Origin: Vicugna vicugna | Taxonomy: Eukaryota | NCBI GenBank assembly: GCA_013265495.1 | Contig: MU058217.1 | Coordinates: forward strand, 124,001-188,000 | Direction: 5' to 3' | DNA: 64,000 nt | Part shown: one piece after another, positions 1 to 13,129 of the stretch | Layout: the number at the start of each line of letters is the position of its first letter | Position numbering within the stretch: the stretch's first letter is position 1 | Position numbers and translations under genes: made by a program | The notes under the pieces: model-generated | What the model saw: only the letters and a program-made list of their open reading frames with translations | Told to the model about the DNA's origin: nothing | Databases searched by the model: none

Positions 1-239
1 GAAATAACTGTCTCTAGATGGACAGATTCCTGAACTTTCCTTTACCTGAAGATAAAAGGTTGCACATGCACATTGTGGGGAAATCAAAGCAAGGAAGGAT
101 GAATTGTTGCATAAAGGGCCTAGAGAAGTCTTCACTGAGGTAGTAACATTTAAGCAGCAAGCTTAGAAAATTAAGATTTTTTTTTGAAATAATTATTTTT
201 AGGAAAAATTTTTTAAATTCCTTGCTGTAAAAAATAGAG

Positions 240-1250
240 AATATAAGCCAAAAAGTAGAAGAAAAATATCAACCATAGTGTTAACATTTAGAGATCTTTT
301 ATTCTAGGTGCTCGTCTCTGTGTGTAAATATGATATTTTTTGTAAATCTGATCAATCTTTTTGTAACTTTTTTTCATTTAATAATGTGTCCTGATCATAT
401 TTCTATACTTTAAAACAGTTTTCTATGATATGGTTTTTAATGACAGAAAAGTAGTCCATTTTAGTTGTGTATTATGGTACTTTTATTTAATCAATATGGT
501 TGGATAGTTTTAGATTGTTCCCAATAAAAATTTTTACTATTAGAAAGAGTGCTATGACAAACTTCTTCATAACTAAATTTTCACATACATCCAGGATTAT
601 TATTTCCTTAATATTCCTAAAAGTAAACAAATTCCTGGAAGGACAATTCCATGGTCAAAATGCTAAAGATATTTATGTTATAAATTACTCTTTAACTTAA
701 TTATCCCAATTTTTGTTCCCACTGGGAAAATATGTGAGAACTATTTTCTATAAATTCTCAAAAACCCTAGCTATTTTTTTTTAATCTTCACCAATTCTGT
801 GATTGAAAAACATCTCACTTTTAAAATGCTTATTTCTTTGATTATTAGTCAGGTAGAACATTTCATCATATTTTTGGCCATCTGTATTTCTTCTGTGTCT
901 TAGCTATTGGTATTTATGCCCTTTTTTCTTAATGATTTGCCTTATTTACATATTAAGGAAGGAAATATTTTTTCAGCAACATACATCGCAAATGTTTTCT
1001 GGTTTGTCATCACCCTTACAATTCTATGTATGATGTATTTTGATCATGAGAATTATTTTTCATTTCATGTAGTTATGTCAACCATTTTCTTATTCCAACA
1101 CCTTTAATTAAATAATCTATCCTTCCTCAAATATTTGAAAGTCTACCTTTATCATTTACTCAATTCTTTTATGTACAATTCTTGGGTCTGTTTTGGGACT
1201 TACTGTTCAACCAAGAATAAAACAGTATCTTTTTTATATTTTTTCACCCA
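240..1250 (-). mobile_element. Ancient, highly decayed L1 (L1M-type) in MYH13 intron
   Basis: T-rich sequence with antisense L1-like phrases (tttggccatctgtatttcttctg; catctcacttttaaaatgcttatttctttgattattag). Confidence 0.55.
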
Positions 1251-1363
1251 TGTGAAAAATAAGAAATGGAACATGATCATGCTGGACTTCTTTCCCCACC
1301 CAGCTCTCTCCCTTTAATCGCTGTTAGTGTCCAAATGTAACCTGAACCTAATTTTTCTTGTAG

Positions 1364-1489
1364 AACACGAGCCTGATAAATACCAAGAAAAAACTGGAAG
1401 CCGACATAGCACAGTGCCAGGCAGAAGTGGAGAACTCTGTCCAGGAATCCAAAAATGCAGAGGAGAAGGCCAAGAAGGCCATCACGGAT
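1364..1489 (+). CDS. MYH13: Myosin heavy chain 13 rod exon (6th from last): [42 protein letters not shown]
   Basis: ttttcttgtag acceptor at 1363 and GT donor (gat|gtgag) at 1490; 126 nt, phase 0; translation is a classic sarcomeric myosin LMM segment with the MYH13-type '[13 protein letters not shown]'. Confidence 0.95.
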
Positions 1490-1681
1490 GTGAGCTCCTT
1501 TATTATCAGAGATGCTGTTTGGAGATAAGAAAGGGGCTTCTAAGCAGGACAAGTAGGTTTCTTTCCCTTGCCACCTACAGTGGTACCACCCACAGTGATG
1601 GCTTCCTGGAGAGACGGAAGGAGATGGAGCCTCAGCAGAGGCAAAGCGGGAGGGGAGCTGTGTGGAATCAGTGACGGCTGA

Positions 1682-2038
<357 letters not shown>

Positions 2039-4086
2039 TAGGTGGCAGGAATGTGGGCACTGAGTCGACTGCAGGTTTCATTTGGGGACCACTTGTGAAG
2101 CTCCCTGTGAGCCCAGCGTTGCACCTGTTTCTCCCTCGCTGGCCCCTCCGCCAGCACACACAAACCCACTTTAGAATGCATGTCCCTCGATACCTGTAAT
2201 GTAACGACATTTTAAATGTTTTTATCTAGAGTCAGATCTACATAAATTGTGGGGAGGCATACTTTACAATCATAAAATTACACATTTTGGTGTGATTTAC
2301 ATTTTGGACCAAGCTCCACTTTGATAAGTGATGGGCCATCCTACGTAAAATCTGTCCTCTTCCTTTGCCTCCCATTGCCGGGTCTCATTCCCTCCCCAGA
2401 TTTCCCAATGTCTACATGCCGCCTGCAATTCCCACGTCTTTCTCACTCATCCTAAACGGAGGGCGACTGGCGCTTCCTCCAGGCTCACTCGCTGGCAGAG
2501 TGCAGTGTCCACATGGGACAGTCCTGCTTTCTCTTTATCTGGGAGTGTACTTTGTAGTTTTAAATGTATTTGCTGATTCTTCCCTTTGTCTCCTGTACCC
2601 CTTCCTTTCCCCTTTAGACCTGGGATGGTTTGTTTTATTTGTGTTTTAAAACGGGCAGCACTACGAGTTGGCATTTTGCAGAAGAGCTCCACAGAGGAGG
2701 ACGTTAGACTGTCTCTGTGGTCCCCGAGAGAAGGGACGGAAAGGAGCGGGAGAGAAATAGGATGAGGGGGAGAAGAGATGGAAACAATTTCTCCCAGCGG
2801 GAAAGACCCAAACACATTCTTTACGCCAGCAGCCCAAGGATGTGGTCACCCAGCTCTTAATACATTTTAAGTGTGAAAAGGTTTTGGAGCTAAAAACTAC
2901 AAAGCTGTAGACATATGAGAAACAGAAGTAAACACCAGGGAAATTAGAGCTCCCCCTCAAATTCTTTAAATGCTTATTTTTAATTATTCCCAGTCCCCTT
3001 CTATTAAAATGAACTTGGGATTATCCATCTCATGGGACCTCCCTCGAGGGAGGAATTAGACCCCATGCCACCTTCCAATGATTCTTTGATTCCTGGGTTG
3101 GCAGGGAACACTTTGCCAGCCTGCCCCGAGCCTGGTGAGGCACCATGACTGTCCTCCAGTTCCCAGCTGCCCAGTTATCTCAGTTCCACTAACCTTTCAG
3201 AGGCCTAGCGAGAATCCCCAAGGGAAGCAAGTGTTTTATAGAACCTGATGGAAGACAGCTTCCTAGGGCCCGTGGGTGGGATCCTTTTTGGATCTGTGCC
3301 CAGAGCTGCCTGTTCCGCTGGTAGATTTCAAGGTTGATCTCGTGAGTCTGCAAGCCCAGAGCCACCCTCTCCGCAGCCGCTGGGGTTCCCAGTGCCTGGC
3401 TGCCGCCCCCGCCGCTGGGCTCTCTCTGGACTGAGGAGTCGGGCCGTAGGGGGTGACCTGCATTCTTGGTGGCTGTTCTGTCCCCTCAAGACTTGAGGAA
3501 AGGCAGACGCAGCTATGAAATCAACCATACATGTGCAGCACTGTATCATTACAAAACATCATCCACAGACTTTGTTTAATTTGATCCCCACACTCAAGGC
3601 AGGTTGGGCAGGAATTAACATCTCCATCCTAAATACGCAGAAAACTCGTACTCAGCGATGGCAGCTGAATTGCTTTGGATCGGTCAGCTGGAGCTGGGGC
3701 TTAAACACGCCTTTGACTCTCCCTGGCTCCGGTCCTCTCCATGACCACCGCTGCCTTACTTGATCAGGAATCAGAGTCCCCGCAACAGCCCTTGCTGAGT
3801 GCATGATCCCAGAGGAAGGCACATCTTTTGCAAAGCCCCATCCAGGAGCCAAGCCATGTGCCCCCGGGGCTGCTTCTGCCCAGAGAGGACGTCTTGTCAC
3901 GTGCGCAGAGCCCTGGCACGGACTGGGGCAGCCTTGTGAAGAAAATGTGTTCCTGAGCCCCAGGACGAGACACCTTTGTAAAACAGGCTTAGCAGATCTT
4001 GAGTTCACCCTCTAACAAACGGCCCAGGAGTGGGTGAGGAAAGCCTGGGAGATGCCACCTGACCTCTGCGCTCCTTCCATGTGCAG

Positions 4087-4191
4087 GTGCAGGAGCTGGA
4101 AAGTGAGCTCGACGCTGAGCAGAAGAGGGGAGCTGAGGCCCTGAAGGGCGCCCACAGATACGAACGAAAGGTTAAAGAAATGACTTACCAG
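4087..4191 (+). CDS. MYH13: MYH13 exon (4th from last): VQELESELDAEQKRGAEALKGAHRYERKVKEMTYQ
   Basis: gtgcag acceptor, cag|gtaggc donor; 105 nt; 'KRGAEALKGAH' is characteristic of MYH13. Confidence 0.95.
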
Positions 4192-4291
4192 GTAGGCAGT
4201 GACTCACTGAATCCTCCGGGGACGCCTGCTGGATCAGAGCCGGCAGAAGCGGCGGGGGTCTGGGGCCCTGGCACGCACACTCTGTTTGCAG

Positions 4292-4387
4292 GCCGAGGAG
4301 GACCGCAAGAACATCCTCAGGCTCCAGGACCTGGTGGACAAGCTGCAGGCCAAAGTGAAGGCTTACAAGAGGCAGGCAGAGGAGGCC
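4292..4387 (+). CDS. MYH13: MYH13 exon (3rd from last): [32 protein letters not shown] (assembly-competence region)
   Basis: tgtttgcag acceptor, gcc|gtgagt donor; 96 nt; conserved [19 protein letters not shown] motif. Confidence 0.96.
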
Positions 4388-5755
4388 GTGAGTGTGGGGT
4401 CCCGGGGGCCCCCTGGTCCTGAGCAGGAGGGCATCCCAGGTTCCTAGGGTCTGAGGCCTCGGTTTTCAGCAGCAGGTTATGAACACGAGGACAGGACGCC
4501 TGCCATCTCCCTCCCCGTCTGTATTAGGCAAACCTGCCCTACCTCCCCTCCCCAGGCCCCTTGCCTCACCCGTTCTGGCCCAGCCACCTCCATCCCTTCA
4601 CTCTGCCTCTGCCGACCTGGCTTTCTCTCACCCACCCTGACTCACCCCATCTGCCCCTGCCTCACTCAGCCCTCCCTGCCCCTGAGACCTGACCTCAGAC
4701 ACCTCATTCTAATTCACGTCCTAATTTGGTTCACCCCGTCCCTGGCCCTCACCACCTCCATCCTTCCCCGGCCTCCCTCACTCCCACCCTCTTGTTCATC
4801 CTTTCGGATCTGCCCTTAGCAAAGAAGTGAAACCAACAGGGAGGAAATGGTCTGGGCAGAAACCAGCACTGCTGAGATTTTTTTCTGGGAACACTGGGTC
4901 AGAAGATGTCAGTAGCAGGAAGCTGGGGCAGTGGGTGGGGGAGGAGTGGGGTCTTTTTCTTTCAATAGAAAAAAAATCATTTGGGAAACACTGGGTTCCA
5001 CAAAGTTGGACGAGTCATTTTGCTTCAAGGATTTCTCAGATTTTGCAGGTAACATGGAATGAGCTCTTCAAAGTAGAAGAGGCGTTCTGAATGTAGCATT
5101 TCCCATCCTGGATGGACCTTGGCTCCTTTTTGTTAGATGCAGAGCATCCCACGGGACAAGTGTCCTGAGGAGAAAGGTCTGAGGACCCTGCCCTGGATCA
5201 ATGACTGGTGGTTCCATCCTGACCTCAGGAAGCAGATCTGAACTGGTTAAATGGAGGGAGGGATCCCTGCCCACTGGATTAGCACAGTCACAGCAGGACT
5301 GGCCGGGCTGGAGGGGACCCAGGAGGCCACCTTCGTCAGAAACCCCTGGATGGCCCTCAGAGAGACCCACGCGCTGTTCTGGCTGCAGGCAGATGGTGCT
5401 GGGAGCAGGCACAGGGCAAGGCGGGCTTGGGCCATCAGTCTCTTGACACTTCCAGGTGACTTGGGAGACTCGGGTCTCCTCTGAAGAGCTCCAGCAGGGG
5501 AGACGGCACAGAAGGGGGTGCAGGGGAACGTGGGGGCATCTGGGGCAGCAGACCCACGAGGTGCCAGGGCAGTGCACACGGGCAGGAGCTGCGGGCGTCG
5601 TCCGCACTGCTGGAGGGCTAGCTGTCTCTCCTCTGCTATCAGGGAACTGGGGGCCCATGCCCTCCCAGTTCCCCAGTTCCCCAGTTCCCCAGGGGCTGTC
5701 AGGGGCCAGAGTGTGGGCCTTCCTCAGGCTCCTGCCCCCTCTGTCTTCCATTCAG

Positions 5756-5890
5756 GAGGAGCAGGCCAACACGCAGCTGTCCAGGTGCCGGCGGGTCCAG
5801 CACGAGCTGGAGGAGGCTGAGGAGCGGGCAGACATCGCCGAGTCCCAGGTCAACAAGCTGCGGGCCAAGAGCCGGGATGCGGGGGCCCAG
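5756..5890 (+). CDS. MYH13: MYH13 penultimate exon: [45 protein letters not shown]
   Basis: ccattcag acceptor, cag|gtgaga donor; 135 nt; conserved [27 protein letters not shown]. Confidence 0.96.
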
Positions 5891-6349
5891 GTGAGAGCAA
5901 ACCTCTTCCCCAGCCATCCTGAGACCCCAGACCAGGCGGCACCCAGGCAGAGTTTGGAAGGTGCCTGTTGGCGCCCCTTCCCTGCTGCTGGTCGTGCATT
6001 CACACATGCCACTGCTCCAGCCAGGCCCCCCGTGGTTCCAGGCCCGTGGAGTGGGGGAGCAGTGACTGACCAGGGGCCAGACACCCTTCCTCTCCCCTGT
6101 CCCTCCCTGTTGCAAGTGCCGCTGCCCAAGAAGCCCCTGCTTTGGTGAGGCGGGGATGGGGGGTGAGGGGTGGAGTCCATCCCATCTCCAGGGGCTCAAC
6201 TGGTTTCTTTTTACAATGCAAAGGGAGACACAGCCATGCCTCAATATTTTTCTGAGGTTCCAGCCTCCCCAGCTGCCCACTAGAAGACGATGCTCAGCCT
6301 CCCCTTCAGTTTGACTCATCTCCTGTGCACGATTCTTTTTCTCCCACAG

Positions 6350-6364
6350 AAGATGGAAGAATGA
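6350..6364 (+). CDS. MYH13: MYH13 terminal coding exon: KMEE-stop
   Basis: Polypyrimidine tract ttctttttctcccacag, then AAG ATG GAA GAA TGA; MYH13 orthologues end in QKMEE. Confidence 0.92.
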   Translation, partial: KMEE

Positions 6365-6426
6365 GACTCTCCCGAGGCCCGTTGCCATGGGACACCTCGG
6401 GAGAGTGGAGGGAAGGTGGTGTGAGA

Positions 6427-6432
6427 AATAAA
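6427..6432 (+). terminator. MYH13: MYH13 polyadenylation signal AATAAA
   Basis: AATAAA ~60 nt after the stop, followed by a GU/U-rich downstream element (ctgtgtttatt ~6464-6474); short 3' UTRs are typical of MYH genes. Confidence 0.8.
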
Positions 6433-7641
6433 TTCTCCTGACTACTCGGATCCCTGGCTCTGCTGTGTTTATTATCATGGTCCCTTTCTCCTCCGCAAGG
6501 TGGTTTCAGATTCTTGCCAGTATGTTGTACACACAGAAAGTAAGGGATGTGGAAGTGGAGCCTCCTTGCCCCAAGCAGGAAAGGAGGAACTCCAGCCCAC
6601 TGCCAGATCAACCACCGCCCACCCCTCACTCCGCATTTAAAAATAAAGACCCTTTCTCATAATTATAGCACACTGTTGTCCTAGCAACTCACAATTCTTT
6701 CATATTCACTTCCCCATTTCTCCCTAAATTTACAGAAGGGGAAACCGGGCCCAGAAAGGTGAAGTGTTCTGACTGTAGTTGTCCAAGGCAGCGGGGAGAC
6801 AACCCACAAGATCCCAGACCCCAGGCTGGGTTCTTTCCTCCAAGAAGCTCTGCTTTTCCAACCTGTGCCTCCTGGGAGCCTTGTGCCCACTCCTCTCAGA
6901 CCACCCACAGCTCCCATAACATCCGAGCACCTGAATTCACTCATTCCTGAGCGGACAGATGCTCAGGGAGAGACTGCATAGGGGCTGGCCTATCTTGCAG
7001 GCCTTGCTCCTCCTTCCAGCGGGGTCTCTCCTCTCCACATGCATGGATCCTCCCCCACCGGTGCTTGGCCAAGGGGGAAGGGAGCAGCTAGTCTCAGGGC
7101 TCACTCCCGGCTTCTCCCCAGATCCCACTGATTCTGATTATGTTGGTTTTCTTATCCTGAAGCAGTAGGAATGCAGCAAGATGAATAAGGACAGCTTCAG
7201 GAGCCAAGACTAAATCTGAGCCTCGGCCTGACCGCTTAGTAGCAGTGGCTGCACGGCCTGGGTTGCCCACACGCATTCTCTGAACCTGAGCTGTCTCACG
7301 GTCAGACTGACCTGTGTCGTCAAGAGCACGGACGTTGGGTTCCAGCAAACCTGTATGGAATCCGGATGCTATCACATACCAACTGTGCGGCCTTGAGCAG
7401 CTTCAGACTAACTCTCTGAACCTCAATCTCCTTACTCTGTAAGACAGAGATAACAATAAAAAATCATAGCTTCGCTGTGACAGATGGGGAGCTGGGTGGG
7501 GGGCAAGGGGTGCAGGTGGTCTGACTTACTCTGTACCAGGCACTGAGGTGCCCTCTCCTCGAACACTTAGATCACCCCTTCTCTCTGGCCTTCTAGATCC
7601 TCCTTTCCTTCTCATCACCAGCCCAGCCCCTGTGGCTCTGA

Positions 7642-7725
7642 CACCATCACTATCATCACCATCCTCACCATCATCATCACCATCCTCACTGTCATCACCA
7701 CCATCACCATCCTCACCATCACCAC
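7642..7725 (+). repeat. Imperfect (CAC/CAT)n trinucleotide repeat
   Basis: caccatcactatcatcaccatcctcaccatcatcatcac... Confidence 0.85.
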
Positions 7726-7771
7726 TGCCAAACTTGAGGACTGAAAAAGTCCATTAAAAATGATCTCTTCA

Positions 7772-8026
7772 CAAACTTATGGTTTCCAGGGGGTAAACGT
7801 GGTGGGAAGGGATAAATTGGGAGTTCAAAATTTGCAGATACTAACTACTATATATAAAACAGATAACAAGTTTATACTGTATAGCACAGGGAACTACATT
7901 CAATATCTTGTAGTAACCTATAGTGAAAAAGAATATGAAAAGGAATATATGTATGTATATGTATGACTGAAACATGATGCTGCATACCAGAAATTGACAG
8001 TTTACTATATGTCAATTAAAAAAAAA
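7772..8026 (+). mobile_element. 5'-truncated L1 3' end (camelid/cetartiodactyl type) with TSD
   Basis: ctgtatagcacagggaactacattcaatatcttgtagtaacctat motif, A-tail, direct repeat GATCTCTTCA at 7762-7771 and 8031-8040. Confidence 0.88.
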
Positions 8027-9290
8027 GAGAGATCTCTTCAATCTCCTCAACTTTACAGGCAAGGAAACTGAGGCCATTCTCAAAGTCCCTGGATACCAAA
8101 TCCTAGTCCCACATCTGCCACCCACTGCATCGTCCTCCAATAAGAATAATAATACAATTTCAAATACACAGAGCAATTTTGTATAAGGCTGAGTGTTCAC
8201 GTGCCTGTTTTCCTCTTTTCCATTCCGGCTTCCCAAAAGCCCGTCAGGAGATCAGGCAATTTTCCAGCGGTGTTGCCGACGGGCGACGGCTTGCCCAGTG
8301 CTGAGGAGGAGCTGAGTGGCAGCTCCACAGACTCGCCGTACAGCACAGAGTCTCAGGACGGTGGCTCTTCCCTTGGCCTGGGCGTGTGCTGTGGTGGTGA
8401 GAGCCAGGGGGCCCAACCTGCCTGGGTCCTGGTCCTGTCCCCCCACTCACACGCTGTGATTACAGACAAGTCACTTCATGACTTTAAGTCTCAGCTTCCT
8501 TGTGTGTAAAGTGGGATGTAACAATGTCCTTTAGAGTGTTATTTTGAGCAGTAAGTAAGCATGCGCAAGAAATGCCCTTGGTCTAGAGCTGGACACATCG
8601 TCAGCACCCTGTCATCATGGTGGGCAGGGGTGACACACGGCTTTGTGGCGTAGGGGGAGTGTAAGACAGGGGTCCGGATGGACAACAGCCTAGGGCTTTG
8701 GCTGTGTCTCTAAGGGGCTTCCTCTGGTTTGGGGAGTTAACATACCACGCAATTGGAGGTCATCAAAAAAACTTCCTGTGGAATCACTCCTTCCCGACAC
8801 CCCAATAAAAGCAGATCTGAACTCCACCTGCTCAAACACACTCCAGCTCACCTGGAGTTCCTGGAGAAGCCCCCCAACCCTCACCCCGCAGTGTCTCTGC
8901 ACTTAACTGGTCCCCGCAACCCCACCCTGGGCCCCCAGATATCTGGCACACCAGACTTTCCAGAAGGCCTTGGGCAAGCCAGGGAATGTCTCTGAGCCTC
9001 GACATGGAAGTCCTGGTGCTTACCTACTTCAGGATGGAGTTGTTTGAAAGATTCCTGTGTGATGCTGTGCAAGACTTCCTCAGCACTGCAGTGTCGCCCA
9101 AATTGGAGATGTTTACCTACAAGAATGATAATAACGATATCGTTGTTGTTAGCATTGCTACTGCTCCTCTATCATCGTCATTATTACCAACATTCAGCAG
9201 TGAAACCTAGCCACCAAATCTGGACTTCAGTTCTGGGGCCTTGGAGAGCAGAGCCTACCCCGACCCACGGGCCCCTTCAAAACAGAGCTT

Positions 9291-9309
9291 TGCTGCCACC
9301 TCCTGGCTG
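9291..9309 (-). promoter_or_regulatory. Candidate CTCF site, reverse orientation
   Basis: Reverse complement CAGCCAGGAGGTGGCAGCA; 14/15 match to core CCASYAGRKGGCRSY. Confidence 0.5.
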
Positions 9310-10464
9310 TGAAAAGACATGCCTTTCATTATGCAAATGACCTACAGATTGCACCCCTGAAGTCTGGAAATTAGACAGAGGTGCCCCCAGGAATTATGAC
9401 ATCTGGTCCAGGCTTCTGGTTTTGCAGATGAGAAAATCAGATTAGTGACAGGATCTGGTAACCGCTTAGGGTGTAGTATCAGAGCCAGATGCCCAGGCCT
9501 CGGGGTTCCCAGACCAGGGCTCCCTCAGCTGAGTGTCTGGAGAAGAGGACCCTGCAGAATCTGAGATGGAGGCCAAGGACTGGCTGGGCAGAGAGTGGGC
9601 CCTGGGGGTGGCCCGGGCAGCAGCACAGATGGGGCCATGGCCAAGGGTCTGCTCCCAGACCTCATGCTTCTCATCCCAGGAACCTCTGCCAGGCTAGAAG
9701 AGAAGTGTGGGCCCTGGGGTGGCAGGCAGTGCACCTCCACAAACAGCCCCCTGCCCTGAATAGGGGTGGGTGACCAGCCCCTGGGCGTCTCTGGGATGCA
9801 GGGGGCTGCGACGATTCAAAAAGTGAGGTTCCTTGTCCTGAGACAAAGGATCAGGGCATCTACTCCACAACATACCCAAGTCAAGACTGGCGCCATCTGA
9901 CCCTACAGAGCCCCCCTCTTTCTCCAGCCCCCCAAGGATGTTGAAACAATGAGCTTCCTTGCTCTCTGGCCTTCAGATGGGTCCAGTCAATGGGGAGCTG
10001 AGACAGAAAGGCAGGGGAAGGAGGGGCGAGAGGGTGTGTATTCCCTGCGTCCCTCCCTGCAGGCAAAGGTCCGACTTTCTGCCAGGCGCCCCACTCCCCA
10101 GCCCTCTCTGTCTCCATCTCTAGTAACCAGTCTTCTCGCCCCGTTTGCACCTTCAGGCCAAGGGAAGGTCATGGAGCCCAGAGCAATCTGACCTGGAGCC
10201 CTGCCCTACCCTGGTGACCTCCCTACACCTGCCCACACCTGCACAAGTGGACATCTTCAGGTCATCAGTCCCATTCAGATGGCTAATGACCCACTCAGTT
10301 TCACTGCACACTTCAACGTGACACAGGCCCTCCCCCAAATCAAGCTTTTAGGATCGCATCCAGGCCCCTTTTTAAACTTAAACCAGAGCGCACACTCACA
10401 GCTCTTGAATCCAGGAAGAAGCAGTTATTTCCTCTGGGATCTAAGTGGTAACCCAGAGTCCTAG

Positions 10465-11351
10465 ACCCAGCTCATGCCAGCTCACAAAAGCCAATCATAA
10501 AATTTTTAGGAATTTTGTTAGATCGTTGTTGTACACAGACGTTAGTAAAATTAAATTTTATAATGTTACGAGATAAACTACAGATCTTCCTTGACTTACG
10601 ATGGGATTCCGTCCCAATAAACCCACTGTAAGTTGAAAATACCGTTAAGTTGTAAATGCATTTAATACACCAAAACTACCAAACATCACAGTTTAGCCTC
10701 ACCCACCCTGAACATGCTCAGAACGCTTACGTTAGCCTACAGTTGGGAAAAATCATCTCACGCAAACCTATTTCACGGTAAAGTGTTGACTATCTTGTGT
10801 AGTGGGTTGAATACTGCACTGAAAGTGGAAAACAGAACGGTTGTCTGGGTCCGGGACGGCTGTAAGTGCATCAGTTGCTTCCCCTCGTGACTGCGTGGCT
10901 GTCTGGGAGCTGTGTCTGCCCTGCCCAGCATCGCAAGAAGATCAGACTGCTCATCTCTAGGCCAAGAAAAAGATCAAAATTCAAAATTCGAAGTATAGTT
11001 TCTATTAAGTGCATATCACATTCATCAAGTTGAAAAATGGTGAGTCGAACCATCGTACGTCGGGGATTGTCTGTACGTGAAAAACAAAGGTAACAGAAAA
11101 TCTGAACTTGTAACTTCCTAATTATTCACTACACTGTATCATGACCTATGATTTACTACTGCTAAATCTGTGTGACAGACATCTCTGACGGTGTGGTACT
11201 TACATCTCTTCCTGTCTCCGCATTTACTGATGTCATGCGGATATTCTGAACTGAGCCGTTGTGCAAATATTTACACCTCAGAAACTGGCAAACACTTCAA
11301 TGCAGACTTTTTTTATTTGTTTGCTTGTTAAACATTTACCAGCACACCACT
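10465..11351 (+). mobile_element. MER63B-like hAT MITE, interrupted by a Tigger element
   Basis: 5' part aaatttttaggaattttg, internal aaaacaaaggtaa...acttcctaattatt, terminus gttaaacatttaccagcacaccact. Confidence 0.75.
10581..11073 (+). mobile_element. MER47/Tigger5-type MITE (TcMar-Tigger)
   Basis: TA target duplication on both sides; imperfect TIRs cagatcttccttgacttacgatgg ... ccatcgtacgtcggggattgtctg. Confidence 0.85.
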
Positions 11352-11559
11352 AAGTGGAATCAATGAAACTCAAGTAAAAACAAATCTGCAAATTTGTATA
11401 TAGAGATATCAGAGTATGCAGGACCACACGCACACCCCGTGCGCCTGCCAGTCCTACTAGGCCACCTTGTTCAAGGCAGCAAATTGAGAGGACTTCTCAG
11501 GGCCAAGGACTCCATCCCGCAGAGCGTGGGGAAGGTGGGGGGACAAGTCACAGGAGCTC

Positions 11560-11950
11560 ACTCAGCTGTGACAGGAAGTCAGCTTCAATGTCTAGGCAAA
11601 AAGGAAGATTGATTGGTTCACCTGAATGAAAATTGCAAGGGTAGTCACTCTCCAGGCTGACTGAGCCCACAGATACGTAGTTGGATCTAGGTTTCCAGAT
11701 GATTTCTTATTTTTCTCTTTCTTTCCATCTCTCCATCCTGCTTTCCTCCAAATTAACTTTATTCCCAGGAAGCCTGCCCCTCTGACTACAAAATGGCTTG
11801 GCTTATATCCTGTATCTCAGCATCTCACTCTAGCAGCCGGAAGGGAAGAGCTTCTCTTTCCCTGGAGTTCCTGTGAAAGCCGAAGGGCTTGGCCCATGGG
11901 CTGTGATTGGTCAAGTCTGAGTCACAGGGGACCAGCTGCACCCAAACCCC
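11560..11950 (-). mobile_element. Old MLT1 (MaLR) LTR relic
   Basis: aaaaaggaagattgattggttcacctgaatgaaaattgcaagggtagt and gattggtcaagtctgagtcaca resemble old MLT1 subfamilies. Confidence 0.5.
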
Positions 11951-13129
11951 ACGAAACCAGAGTGTAGAGGAGTGTTTCGTATTTCTCCCATTAGGTCAAG
12001 TTCCTATTCCCAGACGAAGCAATGTAGGGAGTAAAAAAAAAAAAAAAGCACCGCCTAACTGTTCATGATGAGGGCTCATGAGCAACAGGCCATGGGCTTT
12101 GCTGAGTCTGCTGCTCGCTTTTGGAACGGGGCTGCCTTCCCACAGGGTCATTGTGTGGACAAACCCACACGACAGCTGTAAAGCCCCTGGCGCAAAGTGG
12201 GCCATCCAGAATGCCGGCTGGCATTTTCCTTTCTTCGTTGCTTATCCTGACTTGTCGCTTTCCCACGAAAGAGGAACCACTGCTAACGTGAGATGCTAAG
12301 ACGTAGCCTGTGTACAGATTATCTCCCTTCACTCACTGTTCAGCCCGCCAGCACTCAGACCCAGCAGACACCCCTTGTCCTTCAACACTCCTGCGAAGAG
12401 TGCAGCTTCTCATAACATAACATCATTTCCTCCCCCGCCAGTGGCCCGAATTCCACGGAGGGCCTCTCCCTGCTGACAGGAGGAGGAAGAGACCCTAGCT
12501 CAGAGGCCATGCCCTGCAGCCAGGAACTTCCTGTCCCATGAGTCAGGAGGGAGAGGTCTGGGTGGGGCCAGCACAAACATCTGGACCCAAATCGGGACAC
12601 GGCTGGGATGTGAACCCAGAGCCAGCCCATGGCAGGCTGGTGGCCCTGCTGGGGTGATGCTCCTTCTGGAGACCAAGCGGGCAACTCATCCAGCCAACAG
12701 TGAATTGACTGAGGCTCTGTGACAAGCCAGGAGCTGCTCTAGCTCTGCGGACACAGAGGGGAAATAAATAACAAGCCTCAGAAGCACCTTCCTCTCAAAG
12801 ATATCCCAAGTTCCTCTCAAATGTCAACTGCTCCACCGACCGGTTCCTGATTCTCACCCCCTCACTTGTCCTCCCCCATTCCTCTCTAGGCCCTTGGATT
12901 ATTGCCACATTCATTTTCCAGTTTCTCTCCACCGTGAAACTGCCACCTCCATCAGAGGCCGGCACCTTCTTCATGGTCTTAGAATCTTCCAGTGCCGGTG
13001 TCCATAGAGGTTGCCAGAAAGGATAAACGTTCGTAACAGCATTTTCATAGTAAAAAAAATAATTGCAAATAACCTAAAATGCTTAGGAATCAAGGACGAC
13101 CTGAATACTTTACAGGCACAGTTATAATC

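Noticed and set aside
5456..6148. 230-aa + strand ORF containing myosin sequence
   Set aside because: Only 5756-5890 is myosin-like and bounded by AG/GT; the rest is open intron by chance in GC-rich DNA.
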